This document shows positions 8,912 through 17,440 of a stretch of DNA of 32,819 nt, one piece after another. A program made the translations under genes and the position numbers. How positions within the stretch are numbered: the first letter of the stretch is position 1; each line of letters starts with the position of its first letter. The stretch is from Bulleidia sp. (GTDB lineage Bacteria; Patescibacteriota; Saccharimonadia; Saccharimonadales; Saccharimonadaceae), in contig CAVDHS010000040.1 of NCBI GenBank assembly GCA_963609155.1, forward strand, positions 2,768 through 35,586. Reading direction: 5' to 3'. Below the pieces are notes generated by a model. It searched no databases, had not been told where the DNA came from, and saw nothing but the letters and a program-made list of their open reading frames with translations.

Positions 8912-11900
8912 CTACTCAGCCATTTCTTTGCATTTCAGCTCGGCTTGTTTAACCACCGTTTCGACCGCTTTAAAACTTTTATTTGGCGGATAATTATACT
9001 TAATCAGAAGTCTCTTAATTTCCATACGCATGTGAGCCTGCGAATCACGTTTAATATCCCAGTCTACCGTCATATTATTATTTACTACTTCTACCAATTC
9101 TTTTGCGATTTGAACTAGGGTTTCATCTTTCATGAGTTCGCGAACTTCCGGATCATCGCCTAAAGCATCGAAAAAAGCCGTCTCTTCTGGAGATAAGTCA
9201 AAATCATTTGAATGAATTATTTCTTTATCAATGTCTTTTTTAAGATCAATCATTTGCTGCAGAATTTTTTCTATATCAGTAATAGCAGTGCGCTCATTAT
9301 ATAGCTCTGCAATCTTTTTGAATTTCTCGGAAAATTTTTGAGACATAACATAATTCGTTCTACCAATTTGTGCAATATAGGCCTTGAGCGCTTTTCTTAA
9401 GATCTCAACGGCAATATTTTTATTCTCCATATTTGCCAAGCGATTTAGCATCACATCGCTAAGTATGCTTAGTTCTTTACCATGTTTAACTTCGCCAATT
9501 TGCACAAGTTCATCATCTTGGATTGCCTGCTGCAGCATTTCCGCAACATCGCGATTAATTTCCAGAACATCTAGCTTCCCGCTATCTACAATTTTGTTAA
9601 TAAACGAGCGCACCGAAATGAAGAACATTGATTTCCATCTAGTATTAAAATCAATTGAACCGGTTGAAATTGAATAAAGATTTTTTACATCACGACTATG
9701 ACGCATGAATTGATTTTTAGATTCTTCATCTTTTAAAATGAAGTTTGCGGCAGAATTTATCAATTTATACTTACCAAGATTATCAAGTGAATTGTAATGT
9801 AAATAAGTAAAGCCGTAAAATATCTGATCTATTAATTCAAGTTTATCTTTCAAAACTTTTATAATTTGCTCAGTGTCGACAATTTTGCCTTGATCGCGTT
9901 TTGTATAGGTACTTAGCGCTTCGAGAAGCCATCTTTTAAGACCGATATAATCTACAATGAGGCCACCAGTTTTATCTTTATAAACACGGTTTGTACGAGC
10001 AATGGCTTGCATTAAATTATGCGCCTTCATCGGCTTGTCAATATACATCGTACCAAGACATGGAACATCGAACCCGGTCAGCCACATATCAACTACAATT
10101 ACAATCTTAAATTCTGACCCCGGATCTTTAAATAATTTTTCACGTTCCTTTTTCTCATACTTTCCACCAATAGCCATCGCCATCTCTTCAGTGTCTTGAT
10201 TACTCGGCGTCATAACCATATTAATTTTGTTTTTGTAATCAGGGCGAAGTTTAAGAATTTTCTGATACATTATAAACGCGCTCTTACGAGAATATGCCAC
10301 AATCATCGCTTTATTTGCAACTAAATCTTTTCGTGATTCGTAATGTTCAATAATATCTTTTACGATCATCTCGAGACGGTCTGGATCTTCGATAATCTGA
10401 GAAATCTTAGTCATAGCTTGTTTTGAACGATTAATTCTTTCTTCATCGGCTAGACCTTGATTTTCAATCGAATCATAATATTCGTCGATTTCTTGCAAAA
10501 TTCTATCATTCAAACCAATCTTCGCCATGCGTCCTTCATAAGTAATTGGCACAGTTGCACCATCATCGATAGATTGAGTCATGTCGTAAATGTCGATAAT
10601 ATCGCCAAAGACATTTGTAGTAGAATGATCCTTATTTTCTACAGGCGTACCAGTAAAACCAATATAAGTTGCGTTTGGGAAAGCATCGTGAAGATATTTG
10701 GCGGTGCCGTATTTTTCAACGACAATCATTTTCTCCATATCAAGTTTCGTTTTCGCGTCTATGCCATAGTGGCTACGATGCGCCTCGTCCGCCATCACGA
10801 TGATGTCTTTGCGGTTCGAGAGTAGCCCCGTGTTTTCTTCAAATTTTTGCAGCGTAGTAAAAACAATACCACCAGCAACTTTGCCATTCAGTCGTTCTAC
10901 TAGGTCCTCGCGGTTCTCGACGTGTTCTGGCTTCTGACGAAGATATTCTGAACATTTTGCAAATGTAGTAAAAAGCTGGTCGTCTAAATCATTGCGATCT
11001 GTCACTACAACGATTGTTGGGTTATTCAATTTCTTAATCATATTCGCAGCATAGAATACCATCGAGAAACTTTTGCCCGAGCCCTGCGTATGCCAGAAAA
11101 TACCGACGCGGCCATCAGTAGTTGCAAGCGTACGGTCAATTGCTTTTTTTACGCCATAATATTGGTGGTATGCTGGCGCAATTTTTGCATCGTCTTGAAA
11201 CAAAATAAAGTTGCCAATAAGGTCGAGTAAAGTTTCGCGACTAAGCATACCATTTAGCATTGGCTCCAAAGTGTTCAAATTTTCTACTTCATCATCGCTA
11301 CTAGTTTTTTTCCATTCAGAAAAACGTTCCCATTTGCTTGTAATCGTGCCGACGCGAGCCGAAGCACCGTCGGAGGCTATGAGAAGCTGATTGTAGTAAA
11401 AAAGGCTCGGAATATGCGTAGAAAGATAGCCACGAAGCTGTTTATATGCGTCATTAATCTCCACATCTTCGCGAGTCATACTCTTAAGTTCAAACACAAC
11501 TAACGGCAAGCCATTGATGAATAAAATTAAATCCGGACGTTTTTCGCTATGTTCAATAATCGTAAATTGATTAACGATTAAAAATTCATTGTTATCGACA
11601 TTTCGCCAATCGATAAGGTTTATCGTATGATATTCAACGCCGTGCTCGCCATAAACTGGAACCGAAACTCCAGCGTGAAGCATACGAGAGAACTCTTGAT
11701 TGTTTTTAATTACATTATTTTGGTCGAGATTTTTGACAATACGAATTGCTTCGTCAATAATTTCTTCTGTCGCCGCTGGATTAATTCTTGAGAGCGCACT
11801 TTTTAAATTCGGAGTCAACATCACGTCGTGATAATCGCGCTCGATTTCTTCGCCGGGGCAATAATCGTAGCCTTGCCTGCGCAAAATTTCTATAATCGCC

Positions 11901-11929
11901 CGCTCAAGTGCTTCTTCGTTGAAATTCAT
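8912..11929 (-). CDS. hsdR: Type I restriction endonuclease subunit R
   Basis: RPDLILFINGLPLVVFELK nuclease motif, WHTQGSGKS Walker A, DEAH, FTGTP, MWLTGFD, QAIARTNR. Confidence 0.97.
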   Translation of the reverse strand: MNFNEEALERAIIEILRRQGYDYCPGEEIERDYHDVMLTPNLKSALSRINPAATEEIIDEAIRIVKNLDQNNVIKNNQEFSRMLHAGVSVPVYGEHGVEYHTINLIDWRNVDNNEFLIVNQFTIIEHSEKRPDLILFINGLPLVVFELKSMTREDVEINDAYKQLRGYLSTHIPSLFYYNQLLIASDGASARVGTITSKWERFSEWKKTSSDDEVENLNTLEPMLNGMLSRETLLDLIGNFILFQDDAKIAPAYHQYYGVKKAIDRTLATTDGRVGIFWHTQGSGKSFSMVFYAANMIKKLNNPTIVVVTDRNDLDDQLFTTFAKCSEYLRQKPEHVENREDLVERLNGKVAGGIVFTTLQKFEENTGLLSNRKDIIVMADEAHRSHYGIDAKTKLDMEKMIVVEKYGTAKYLHDAFPNATYIGFTGTPVENKDHSTTNVFGDIIDIYDMTQSIDDGATVPITYEGRMAKIGLNDRILQEIDEYYDSIENQGLADEERINRSKQAMTKISQIIEDPDRLEMIVKDIIEHYESRKDLVANKAMIVAYSRKSAFIMYQKILKLRPDYKNKINMVMTPSNQDTEEMAMAIGGKYEKKEREKLFKDPGSEFKIVIVVDMWLTGFDVPCLGTMYIDKPMKAHNLMQAIARTNRVYKDKTGGLIVDYIGLKRWLLEALSTYTKRDQGKIVDTEQIIKVLKDKLELIDQIFYGFTYLHYNSLDNLGKYKLINSAANFILKDEESKNQFMRHSRDVKNLYSISTGSIDFNTRWKSMFFISVRSFINKIVDSGKLDVLEINRDVAEMLQQAIQDDELVQIGEVKHGKELSILSDVMLNRLANMENKNIAVEILRKALKAYIAQIGRTNYVMSQKFSEKFKKIAELYNERTAITDIEKILQQMIDLKKDIDKEIIHSNDFDLSPEETAFFDALGDDPEVRELMKDETLVQIAKELVEVVNNNMTVDWDIKRDSQAHMRMEIKRLLIKYNYPPNKSFKAVETVVKQAELKCKEMAE

Positions 11930-13272
11930 TTTTTGCCTTCCTCGTTTTTAATGTTTTCATAAATGGAAAAATCATATCCTAACCCCATCAATTCTTCTAA
12001 TTTCGCACCGTTAAGCTTGTCATAAATCTGCCTGTTATTATTTAAAATATTAAATACATCTCGTAGGTCATCTTGGGGAAAACGTTTAATATCTGTTTTA
12101 ATTATTTTTAAAAATGATTCTAGGCAATTATCAGCATCATCATAGCCATTAAAGATTGGAATTTTTGCAAACATTTTTTTGAATAGATCTATCAGATTTT
12201 CCGTGTCTAATTCTTGAACAAAATTATCCAAAATCCTGCAATATTCTTTACTCCCCACATCATCGAGTTTTTTTATCGATTCATTAATATTTGATTCGAA
12301 AATCGTCCAATATTTAATAAAATATTCTATATTTTTATAAATGGATGATTCGAGTAATTCAAAAATATCATGTTTTTTGCTTTTTATTTCATTTAACAGA
12401 TAGTGTCTTTTTAATAATATTTCATATAAGTACGTCAGCGCCAACCAATCCTCATCGAAAGAATCCGATTTTTCATCTTTAATATTATCAATCTCTATTT
12501 TTTCCCAATCAAAACAATTTTCTATTAATGAGTTTTTTCCGTTATTATTTATATAATCCAATAATGCACTCAATACTAAAAAATTTGCATACTGTTTTCT
12601 TTGAATTTCTTCGCTCCGCTTACCAATTATTAAAACAAGGCTGGCATTAAATACCCTTTTCAAGTTGTCATCAGTGAAATCAGTGAAGTATTTATTGAGT
12701 AACTTTTCGGCTTGCTTAATTTCTTTTTCAACCGTTTGCTTGCTAAAAATAAACATTGCTCCAGTATTCAATTTTGGATATATGTGTTCATTAATCTCTT
12801 TTTTAATTATCTCATATGGCTTTTTAAAAAATGCTCCAACTATCAAAATATCATTGTAAATTTTAGTTATAAACGCAAATACTAACTCCTCTTCTGGTAT
12901 ATAATCTTTTTCACCAAAAACAAATGGATGAGCACACATATCTCTTGTTTCTTTCAAATATTTTAAAAGACTAATCGTCGAGTCGCCTATAATTCGCTGT
13001 TCTTGGTATATTTCAAAGATTTTCTTTTCTATCTCAGAATATTTAGTATCGCTAGAGTTTTTGCCTTCTAGGATTTTTTCTATCTCTTTGATATTCTTGT
13101 CGAGGTCTATATAGCCCGATTCGTTCATGAGAATCATTTTTCCATATAAATCATTTACTACGAGATCATATAGTAACAAAATACACGCTTTGTAATTTTT
13201 TGCATAATAAGATTGTAAAATATATTCAAAATTGGCGCGGCTTTGTTTATTTTTAATTTTATAGAGATCCAT
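11926..13272 (-). CDS. Hypothetical protein with predicted N-terminal HEPN-like domain (RxxxxH)
   Basis: Very AT-rich 448-aa ORF between hsdS and hsdR (ATGA overlap with hsdR). First helix FEYILQSYYAKNYKACILLLY and RDMCAHP motif at 12928-12945. Confidence 0.7.
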   Translation of the reverse strand: MDLYKIKNKQSRANFEYILQSYYAKNYKACILLLYDLVVNDLYGKMILMNESGYIDLDKNIKEIEKILEGKNSSDTKYSEIEKKIFEIYQEQRIIGDSTISLLKYLKETRDMCAHPFVFGEKDYIPEEELVFAFITKIYNDILIVGAFFKKPYEIIKKEINEHIYPKLNTGAMFIFSKQTVEKEIKQAEKLLNKYFTDFTDDNLKRVFNASLVLIIGKRSEEIQRKQYANFLVLSALLDYINNNGKNSLIENCFDWEKIEIDNIKDEKSDSFDEDWLALTYLYEILLKRHYLLNEIKSKKHDIFELLESSIYKNIEYFIKYWTIFESNINESIKKLDDVGSKEYCRILDNFVQELDTENLIDLFKKMFAKIPIFNGYDDADNCLESFLKIIKTDIKRFPQDDLRDVFNILNNNRQIYDKLNGAKLEELMGLGYDFSIYENIKNEEGKK

Positions 13273-13274
13273 AA

Positions 13275-14456
13275 TTATGTCAAAACCTTTTCTAAAACAA
13301 TTTTGTCATTCATGAGTTTCGGAAGTAAAATGTCACGCAAAGAGGTTAGTCTGATGTTTTCGTCAATATTATTTTGCATTTTCTGAATTAGGGGTCTATT
13401 TGCAGATTCAAAGGTAAGCATTTTTTTATAATCTATTTCTGGAACATTATAGTCGCAAAAATCTTTCCAAGATAAAACCGGCATTTTTGTTCCACCCGCC
13501 CTTACGGTTGCATACTTAATAAAATGATTAGAAGACAAAAGCCCCAAAAGAAAGCAATACATATATTCTTCTTGTGGTCTCACATTGATAACTGTTCCAG
13601 CAAACCCACCATCAAATGGCGCGAAGCAACATTTTCCAAAATATGGACGAATAGCTCCGAACATAATATCTCCCTGTTTTAATTCCAAAATATTTGAATC
13701 AAAATTATTACCACATGACCATTCTGACAAGCATATATTGAATCTTGGCATTACGGATAGGTCAAGAATTTTTAAGTCTTTCCAATCATCTTTTTTGGCA
13801 AAACGCTTTGTATTTCTACAGACTAAATCTTGCAGCTTAATACTGTGCGAATCGATAATGTTATTATTCAAAAGTCTTGTTAGGTTTTCTTGCAAAACTT
13901 TTTGTAAAGTTAAGTTCTGTTGATTGTTGAGCTCGATTTTGTTGTCGAAGGCGGAGAGGATGCGGACAACTTTTTTCTGAATTTCTAGGTTGGGAAGATC
14001 TATGGTCTGATTACGTAAATCTGTTTTGTTAAATTTGGGAACTGCACTACTAGAAGTAATTGAATCTAGCAAGTGTCTCCCTTGCAGCGATTTAAAATAA
14101 TAATATAGGTATTTTTGAATACAAATTGATTCATTTGTAGTAACCATAACAACATTTGGCCCTAAAGTCATAGGTATATCTAATGTAGGACACTGAAAAA
14201 TTTCTCCAATTGTACCCACATTTGCAAGGATTAATTCTCCACCAAACAATTTTGTCTTTTCAAGAAAATCGTAGGCGTGCTTAGACACATAAACCGCTCC
14301 TTGCTGATTAAAATTCCTACTATAATCAACAAAACGAATTAACCTAGCAAAATCCTTCTTATTGTTGTACTGAACATTATCGCGCAATGTTTTAAAACTT
14401 CCATTAGCAACATAATCAGTTATAACACTGCAAATATCGAAAAGTTTATATTTCAT
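13275..14456 (-). CDS. hsdS: Type I restriction-modification specificity subunit S
   Basis: Two TRD-like halves, central conserved LPNLEIQKKVVRILSAFDNKIELNNQQNLTL, C-terminal LTSLRDILLPKLM. ATG at 14456 overlaps the hsdM end (alternative GTG at 14468). Confidence 0.93.
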   Translation of the reverse strand: MKYKLFDICSVITDYVANGSFKTLRDNVQYNNKKDFARLIRFVDYSRNFNQQGAVYVSKHAYDFLEKTKLFGGELILANVGTIGEIFQCPTLDIPMTLGPNVVMVTTNESICIQKYLYYYFKSLQGRHLLDSITSSSAVPKFNKTDLRNQTIDLPNLEIQKKVVRILSAFDNKIELNNQQNLTLQKVLQENLTRLLNNNIIDSHSIKLQDLVCRNTKRFAKKDDWKDLKILDLSVMPRFNICLSEWSCGNNFDSNILELKQGDIMFGAIRPYFGKCCFAPFDGGFAGTVINVRPQEEYMYCFLLGLLSSNHFIKYATVRAGGTKMPVLSWKDFCDYNVPEIDYKKMLTFESANRPLIQKMQNNIDENIRLTSLRDILLPKLMNDKIVLEKVLT

Positions 14457-15945
14457 ATCCAATCTCACTCAAAACTTGCTTAATTTCTTGGTCTAACTCG
14501 GCGGATTTTTGCATTTGTGCGGAAAGCTCGGCGGTGAGGGTCTTCATTTTTTCTTCGAAGGGGATTCCGTCTCCTTCTTCCTCTTTGATACCTACATAGC
14601 GACCTGGGGTCAAAACGTAATCATTGGCTTTAATTTCCTCTAGCGTGGCAGATTTACAAAAGCCAGCGACGTCTTCGTAATTTTCATCATTTTCGAAGGC
14701 GTGGTAAGTGTTGGCGATTTTCATGATGTCGTCTTCGGAGAGTTCGCGGAGCTTGCGGGTGACCATGGCGCCAAGTTCGTTGGCGTTGATAAAGAGCGTT
14801 CTGCCGCAAGTTTTTCTATTAGTATTACGATTTAGAATCCAGATTGAGCACGGCACTGCGACGGTGTAGAATAAATTCGTTGGCATCGATAAAATACAAT
14901 CGACAAGGTTAGCTTCGAGAAGTTTCTTTCTAATTTCGGCTTCTTGACCGCCAGCAGAAAGTGAGCCATTGGCAAGAATGATTGCGGCTTTGCCGGTGAC
15001 GGATAATTTTGAAACCATGTGCTCGATCCAAGCATAGTTCGCATTACCCTTTGGCGGAATACCGAATTTCCAGCGATAATCATTAGTAAGTTTTTCTTGG
15101 CCCCAATCGCTGAGATTGAAAGGTGGGTTTGCCATGACGAAATCGGCTTTTAGATTTTTATGTAAATCTTCAGTAAAAGTGTCCGCCGCAAATTTGCCAA
15201 GGTCGCCGTCGATCGAGCGGATGGCGAGATTCATCTTTGCTAATTTCCAAGTGGTTGGGTTTTTCTCTTGACCATAGATTGAAATATCGCGAGCGTTGCC
15301 TTGATGGCGTTGAATAAACTTCAGAGATTGCACAAACATTCCACCAGAGCCGCAGGCGGGATCATAGACACGGCCTTTGTATGGCTCGAGGATTTCGACC
15401 ATTGTACGGACGAGACATGCTGGAGTATAAAATTCGCCGCCTTTTTGGAGCTCATTTGACGCAAATTCACCGAGAAAATATTCATAAATTCGTCCGAGTA
15501 AATCTTTCTCGGTCGCCTCTTTCGTTCCGATTTTGATATTCGTGAATAAATCAATGATTTCACCAAGGTTTACATTACGATTGTCCGGGTCATTATAGAC
15601 TTTAAACAAAACGCCCTTCAAGGTTGGGTTTTCTTTTTCAATCGAGTCGAGGGCTTTGTCGAGAATTTCGCCAATATTATAATCTTTAGCGTGTTTAACG
15701 AGGTAGCTCCAGCGAGCATTTTCTGGGACAAAGAAAATATTGTCTTGAATATATGCGTCACGGTCTTCCTCAAACCCCAATCCTTCGGCTTTTAATTTCT
15801 CGTATTGTTCTTCGAAAGAGTCGGAAATATATTTAAGGAATATCAATCCGAGAATTAAAAATTTATAATTTGTTACCGAAATGCCACCACGCATTTTGTC
15901 GGCGGCCGCCCAAAGGGTCTTTTCTAGATCTTTAATATTACTCAT
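14446..15945 (-). CDS. hsdM: Type I restriction-modification m6A methyltransferase subunit M
   Basis: LWAAADKMRG, GGEFYTP, YDPACGSGGM (SAM binding), NPPF catalytic motif, YVLTPGRYVG. ATG at 15945 (alternative TTG at 15960). Confidence 0.97.
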   Translation of the reverse strand: MSNIKDLEKTLWAAADKMRGGISVTNYKFLILGLIFLKYISDSFEEQYEKLKAEGLGFEEDRDAYIQDNIFFVPENARWSYLVKHAKDYNIGEILDKALDSIEKENPTLKGVLFKVYNDPDNRNVNLGEIIDLFTNIKIGTKEATEKDLLGRIYEYFLGEFASNELQKGGEFYTPACLVRTMVEILEPYKGRVYDPACGSGGMFVQSLKFIQRHQGNARDISIYGQEKNPTTWKLAKMNLAIRSIDGDLGKFAADTFTEDLHKNLKADFVMANPPFNLSDWGQEKLTNDYRWKFGIPPKGNANYAWIEHMVSKLSVTGKAAIILANGSLSAGGQEAEIRKKLLEANLVDCILSMPTNLFYTVAVPCSIWILNRNTNRKTCGRTLFINANELGAMVTRKLRELSEDDIMKIANTYHAFENDENYEDVAGFCKSATLEEIKANDYVLTPGRYVGIKEEEGDGIPFEEKMKTLTAELSAQMQKSAELDQEIKQVLSEIGYEI

Positions 15946-16160
15946 AGTTGTAGGTTCCAATTACTCTTATGATTGTTTTTAAATAAAACCAGTTTTTACA
16001 AAAAGAATGCAGCCTTCTGGTGTGTCGGCTGGAACCTACAATTTTTCGCTTTACATCGCAAACAAACTATAAGACCGACGCCTTTAAGGCTGCAGTCTAG
16101 CTTGTTTGAGATATAAACTAAAAAATCTCAAATCAGCGATTTTAAAATTGTAAGTTCCAA
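15946..16160 (-). ncRNA. Candidate structured cis-regulatory leader / antisense RNA of the hsd operon
   Basis: 9-bp closing stem 16008-16016/16086-16094, inner stem 16019-16028/16075-16082, hairpin 16106-16131. The element at 16030-16045 is complementary to repeats at 16144-16159 and 15948-15959. Confidence 0.6.
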
Positions 16161-16164
16161 TTTA

Positions 16165-16173
16165 ATTATACCA
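16165..16173 (-). promoter_or_regulatory. Extended -10 promoter of the hsd operon
   Basis: TGGTATAAT on the minus strand; predicted start about 16158-16157. Confidence 0.65.
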
Positions 16174-16269
16174 TATTTGACAAATTTTTACCCGTCTTTG
16201 TCTCTATATTCTTTGAATTTAGATTAAAAAAATATCACCGGTTTGATTGATGATAATACTTTTAAAATC

Positions 16270-16298
16270 TTGTATTTTTCAGTTGTCTGTGTTATAAT
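16270..16298 (+). promoter_or_regulatory. Near-consensus sigma70 promoter with no credible downstream CDS
   Basis: TTGTAT (16270-16275), 17-bp spacer, TG-T-TATAAT (16293-16298). Confidence 0.65.
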
Positions 16299-16304
16299 GA
16301 GAAT

Positions 16305-16360
16305 ATATTCCGATGCGGGCGAATCAAACGGAGAGATACCAAAGATGGACCCGCTTTTTT
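16305..16360 (+). ncRNA. Candidate ~55-nt small RNA convergent with the NYN gene
   Basis: Follows the promoter above. GCGGG (16315-16319) pairs with CCCGC (16350-16354), then TTTTTT; internal ATC/GAT and GG/CC pairings. Confidence 0.45.
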
Positions 16361-16362
16361 GA

Positions 16363-16869
16363 TTACTTTTGGCGCTTCTTGTATGCGATTTTATTCTTTA
16401 TGCCGACATTATCTAAGAAATCAACATATTTTGGGGTGAAAATTCTGTATAGTGAAGATGTTGAGTGGCGGTTTGGCGATAGCAACTTGCAAAACCGATT
16501 TTTATTCACGAGATATTTAACCATTTTAAAATAATCGCCATCCCCAGACACCAGAATTACATTATCGAATTTTTCCCTATCCGCGATTTTGGACATAACC
16601 GAAAACACGATATCCGTATCTACGTTGCCTTTTTTCTTACCAATCATCGACTGGCTATGCTCTCGAAATACAAGTATAAAACCAGCTTCCTGAATTAATT
16701 CGTAAACGCTTTGATTGTCTTCATTTACTGCGCCAAGAAAATAGTACGCTTTTTCGACATCGTATTGCTCTTTGAGATAAACTCGAAATCTCTTTAAATC
16801 AACTTTCCAACCATGCGCATTGGTATTCATATAAAGATTTTGACCGTCAATGAAGGCTTGGTTATTCAT
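16363..16869 (-). CDS. NYN (LabA/DUF88, PIN-like) domain ribonuclease
   Basis: AFIDGQNL, KKGNVDTDI, ILVSGDGDY acidic motifs. Confidence 0.92.
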   Translation of the reverse strand: MNNQAFIDGQNLYMNTNAHGWKVDLKRFRVYLKEQYDVEKAYYFLGAVNEDNQSVYELIQEAGFILVFREHSQSMIGKKKGNVDTDIVFSVMSKIADREKFDNVILVSGDGDYFKMVKYLVNKNRFCKLLSPNRHSTSSLYRIFTPKYVDFLDNVGIKNKIAYKKRQK

Positions 16870-16992
16870 TCTTTTTATTTTACCATATTTATCTCGTGAA
16901 AAATGAAAAAACGGCTAGGTTTATGTCGTTTTCTCGCCGCATATTTGAATCCTAAAATAGAAAAGCTCATCCGAGCCCAAGAGCGGCGTTAA

Positions 16993-17097
16993 TATTCAAA
17001 TCATAACTCCCCTAGCAAGCATACTAACCCACATCAGCATGCTATAATAATAGAAAATGGTCACATAAAGCGTGGCAGACAGGAGCCAATAAAATGA
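16993..17097 (+). pseudogene. C-terminal remnant of a polymorphic toxin-like gene
   Basis: Start-less frame YSNHNSPSKHTNPHQHAIIIENGHIKRGRQEPIK* ending in an ATGA overlap with the next gene. The H-x5-H-x2-PHxH...RG..EP pattern recalls His-rich toxin tips. Confidence 0.5.
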
Positions 17098-17339
17098 GAA
17101 TAACAAAATTCACAGAATTAGTCAACAACGGCTTTGACGTAGAAATGCGTTACAATGGCAAAACTTATTGGGCCGCATGGTATGGCGACAATACGCAAGA
17201 AAAAGCTTTTTACGAAGCAGACACTAAAAATGCAATTATATTCACAAAAGCAGGAGAAATTCTAGATAAAGAATATGGTGGCTTCAAAATTCGCAATATG
17301 ATTGAATCGCTTGACGAAAATGAGGATATCGATTATTAG
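17094..17339 (+). CDS. Small acidic protein, possible orphan immunity protein
   Basis: 81 aa, AGGAG RBS, DVEMRYNGKTYW motif; coupled to the toxin-like remnant. Confidence 0.65.
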   Translation: MRITKFTELVNNGFDVEMRYNGKTYWAAWYGDNTQEKAFYEADTKNAIIFTKAGEILDKEYGGFKIRNMIESLDENEDIDY

Positions 17340-17440
17340 CAAATGAAGGCTTCCTGTCATCTGGGTTGCCAATGTTCTAGGATGTATTGCTTAGTTCTAG
17401 TGAGGTCGGGGAGTGCGCTTTTTCAACACTATATTAATAG

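Noticed and set aside
13275..14456. Phase-variable hsdS shufflon
   Set aside because: Single hsdS; no silent inverted copies or adjacent invertase.
16313..16534. 73-aa plus-strand ORF after the strong promoter
   Set aside because: It crosses a terminator-like hairpin, runs antisense to the NYN gene and has no recognisable features; a small RNA is more plausible.
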